Assembly: GCA_029856105.1 (NCBI GenBank)
Contig: JAHQWH010000035.1
Coordinates: 1-51,046, forward strand
DNA: 51,046 nucleotides
Reading direction: 5' to 3'
DNA from: Promethearchaeia archaeon
GTDB lineage: Archaea; Asgardarchaeota; Lokiarchaeia; Sigyniarchaeales; SOKP01
Of this stretch, positions 49,706-51,046 are shown one piece after another. Position numbers and translations under genes: made by a program. Under the pieces are notes generated by a model that saw only the letters and a list, made by a program, of their open reading frames with translations, was not told the origin of the DNA and ran no database searches. Every line of letters starts with the position of its first letter. The stretch's first letter is position 1.

Positions 49706-50794
49706 ATGAACAATTACAAAAAAACGCTAAAAAACAGACGTGATCATTATGTGCAACAAGCATATTTAAGAAATTTTTCATGTAATAAGAAAAAAACGCA
49801 TATATGGATGATGGATAAGAGGGAAAAGAAAATTTTCAGAGAACCTCAAAAGATTAGAGAGTGTGCCCAATATCGACTTTTTTATCCTATTGAATTAGAA
49901 GAGTGGTTAGCTAAAAACATCGAAAATGATGGAATAAGTGCTATTAAAAAATTATTATATTATCAAGATTACGATAAACTTTCTAATTTTGACAAGGAAA
50001 AATTATTTGAATGGCTTTATACGCAATATATTCGAACACCTGCTTTTATCAGTCTAACCATAGATTTATTTAACAAAATGTTAAGTCAAATATCTCAGAG
50101 GAAAGAATTTCTTTTACCTAAGGATATTTTAGAAGTATACAAATCAGATAATCCAGATATACAATCATTGAAGAAATACTATTATCGAATTGTAAAGTTA
50201 ATATTTGAGAGTATTCAGAAAAAAACGCTGTATGATTACACTTGGTTGGAAAAAGAGTGGATATTGTTTAAAAATAAGACTTTACTTCCTTATTTTACTT
50301 CGGATAATCCTGTAATATTATGGAAGGCTGGAGACAAACACATTCACAGTAAAACTGAGTTCAAGTGGATTGCAAGTAAATACAAATTTCTTCCCCAATC
50401 GTTTACTATTAGTCTTGAACGAGGAATTATGTATTTTGTAACATTAAATCCCTATACTTTATTACTTTTAAGCGAGGATAATCCGTTTCAGACATCAATA
50501 ATAGAACAAAGAAAAGTTTCCCAAATATTTAATATGAATAAAATGATAACTGCGCAATCAAATAGATTTATATTTTCTAATGAAAACTTCTTTGAACACG
50601 CGTTCAAAACTATTGAAGAAATACCTGAATGCGTTTCAAAAGGTAAGAGGATTGACAACGCTAGGGAAGAAACCTTGGATTATGAAATATTCGAAGTTAA
50701 AAATAAGGAATTATTGGAAAAAATAATTAAACATTATGACGAAATTGATGACGAAAGAAAAGAAACAATCTTTGATTCTGGTTTTAACCTATGA
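49706..50794 (+). CDS. DUF4238 domain protein
   Basis: HYVQQAYLRNF, E..LA..IE, Q..RTP and FTSDNPV. Confidence 0.85.
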   Translation: MNNYKKTLKNRRDHYVQQAYLRNFSCNKKKTHIWMMDKREKKIFREPQKIRECAQYRLFYPIELEEWLAKNIENDGISAIKKLLYYQDYDKLSNFDKEKLFEWLYTQYIRTPAFISLTIDLFNKMLSQISQRKEFLLPKDILEVYKSDNPDIQSLKKYYYRIVKLIFESIQKKTLYDYTWLEKEWILFKNKTLLPYFTSDNPVILWKAGDKHIHSKTEFKWIASKYKFLPQSFTISLERGIMYFVTLNPYTLLLLSEDNPFQTSIIEQRKVSQIFNMNKMITAQSNRFIFSNENFFEHAFKTIEEIPECVSKGKRIDNAREETLDYEIFEVKNKELLEKIIKHYDEIDDERKETIFDSGFNL

Positions 50795-50979
50795 TAGATT
50801 ATCTTGACTAATCAAATAAAAATAAGACAAAAATTAATTAAAATTGATTATTTTCGACATTGAAGTAAAGATTTAAATTTTGTCGGTATGATTATTATGT
50901 CGAGACGTTTATAGAAAGATCTATAAAAATAATATTTTAGCTAAATTACTGAATGCACTCAAAACAAAAGGTGTAAGAA

Positions 50980-51046
50980 ATGAACAAGGAGTTAATCTAC
51001 AAAATATGTATTTTTGGAGATAGAAATGTTGGAAAAAATTCATTAA
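50980..51046 (+). CDS. 5' end of a Rab/Ras-like small GTPase (partial)
   Basis: MNKELIYKICIFGDRNVGKNSL..., a P-loop after a KI.IFG strand (atypical N after GK). Confidence 0.65.
   Translation, partial: MNKELIYKICIFGDRNVGKNSL

Noticed and set aside
27000-50900. Provirus or intact integrative element
   Set aside because: No integrase, transposase, capsid, terminase or replication gene recognised in the window.

Overview
AT-rich window that looks like an Asgard archaeon (Lokiarchaeia-like; inferred from the many eukaryotic-signature genes plus archaeal RadA and CdhA). It has three zones. (1) About 1-26.8 kb is core genome: a partial MtrH-like gene, a VWA-double-RING protein, a Rag-like GTPase, CdhA, V4R, a longin-like/small GTPase fusion, an alpha-glucan/nucleotide-sugar cluster, RadA, OsmC and PfkB. 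(2) About 27-35.9 kb is an accessory block, visibly richer in GC/CpG from about 28.3 kb. It holds orphan genes, a frameshifted tandem zinc-finger gene, a structured GC-rich intergenic element next to a putative Sm/Hfq-fold gene, and a co-oriented roadblock(MglB)-MglA-unknown-[nucleotidyltransferase+RPA-like OB+Zn ribbon] module. That module is my best candidate for an undescribed system. (3) About 36.4-50.8 kb is a defence-island-like region: a TIGR04255-led three-gene operon, a type IIG R-M enzyme, a helicase remnant, GmrSD, a Zn-phospholipase C-like gene and a zincin+DUF4238 pair. I found no tRNA, rRNA, CRISPR array or integrase. All family calls come from motifs recognised by eye, not from database searches.
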